From a virus (Duplodnaviria > Heunggongvirae > Uroviricota > Caudoviricetes): a stretch of 64,000 nucleotides of DNA. The translations under genes were made by a program, and so were the position numbers. Every line of letters starts with the position of its first letter. The stretch's first letter is position 1. The stretch lies in IMG/VR virus record IMGVR_UViG_3300042006_000024; one strand, given 5' to 3'. Positions 63,755 through 64,000 of the stretch are shown piece by piece. The notes under the pieces are model-generated. The model saw only the letters and a list, made by a program, of their open reading frames with translations. It was not told the origin of the DNA and made no database searches.

Positions 63755-64000
63755 TTATACAACTTCTACGCGAGTGCAGAATTTGCCGTGGTGATCTTTG
63801 ATCGCCTGGATGAATACGTTAGGTTCTTTGATGGCCGGTGCGACGAAGCGTGGTTCGACGTACTTCCAGGTCATTACAAGCAATCCGAAGGCAATCAGGC
63901 CCCACACCACAGAGGCTGCGGTTAATGCCTCACCTGGTGGTGTGCCGTTCAAGAAGAAAATCGAGAACGGCACCCAAATTGCACAACCAATTACACAAGC
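63755..64000 (-). CDS. membrane protein, N-terminus uncertain (frame stays open to the window edge)
   Basis: The track's start at 63973 is a GTG. The same frame is open upstream to position 64000. Hydrophobic segments present. Confidence 0.35.
   Translation of the reverse strand, partial: ACVIGCAIWVPFSIFFLNGTPPGEALTAASVVWGLIAFGLLVMTWKYVEPRFVAPAIKEPNVFIQAIKDHHGKFCTRVEVV

Noticed and set aside
62497-63801. 434-aa plus-strand ORF opposite rtcB
   Set aside because: RtcB motifs are in the minus-strand frame. The plus-strand ORF is a shadow.
1-64000. CRISPR array, integrase or transposase, or prophage boundary
   Set aside because: No direct-repeat/spacer periodicity and no recombinase-like ORF found. 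Gene content and promoter pattern point to a virulent T4-like phage throughout.

Overview
This window reads as a piece of a large virulent, T4-like myovirus genome. I see no integrase, no CRISPR array, no rRNA, and could not identify a convincing tRNA by eye. It falls into four blocks.

- **Block 1, ~1-4.5 kb:** the end of a late operon. A partial minus-strand late gene sits behind an exact T4-type TATAAATA late promoter, followed by three plus-strand proteins of unknown function.
- **Block 2, ~4.5-35 kb, minus strand:** a long run of early and nucleotide-metabolism genes, apparently driven by host sigma70-type promoters (TTGACA-17-TAnnAT), several of which I could place exactly. It carries class Ia ribonucleotide reductase (NrdA/NrdB), a glutaredoxin, a ThyX-like thymidylate synthase, dCMP deaminase, both subunits of a T4-type topoisomerase II, a primase, a RuvC-like resolvase, a ClpP-like protease, an HTH-metallophosphoesterase, a 690-aa vWA protein and an RNA ligase. 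It also carries an SPFH lipoprotein with a membrane partner, and a Prs-like plus NAMPT-like operon that matches the recently described NARP1 NAD+-reconstitution anti-defence pathway.
- **Block 3, ~35-48.5 kb, plus strand:** a baseplate and tail-fibre module: a gp4-like protein, a gp5-like hub with an M15 peptidase domain, a YkuD-like protein, a gp25-like wedge protein, a gp6-like baseplate-J protein, and two tandem depolymerase-type tail fibres that share an N-terminal anchor.
- **Block 4, ~48.5-64 kb, minus strand:** an accessory region of about 45 small genes. Notable ones are an Ig-like late protein behind a TATAAATA promoter, a PL7 alginate-lyase-like enzyme, a MazG-like protein, a C39-like peptidase, many small Cys4 proteins, RtcB RNA ligase, and a 100-aa protein whose C-terminus copies the EF-Tu-binding N-domain of EF-Ts.

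Three structural themes stand out.

- A roughly 130-aa Cys-motif domain is present six times in two clusters.
- Three small WYYP-motif genes are tandemly triplicated.
- A 293-bp divergent intergenic region carries two copies of a palindromic ATTATACAG-N11-CTGTATAAT element.

Many genes are translationally coupled through ATGA or TAATG overlaps, and this hides several ORFs shorter than 60 aa. All calls rest on motifs I recognised in the supplied translations, not on database searches.
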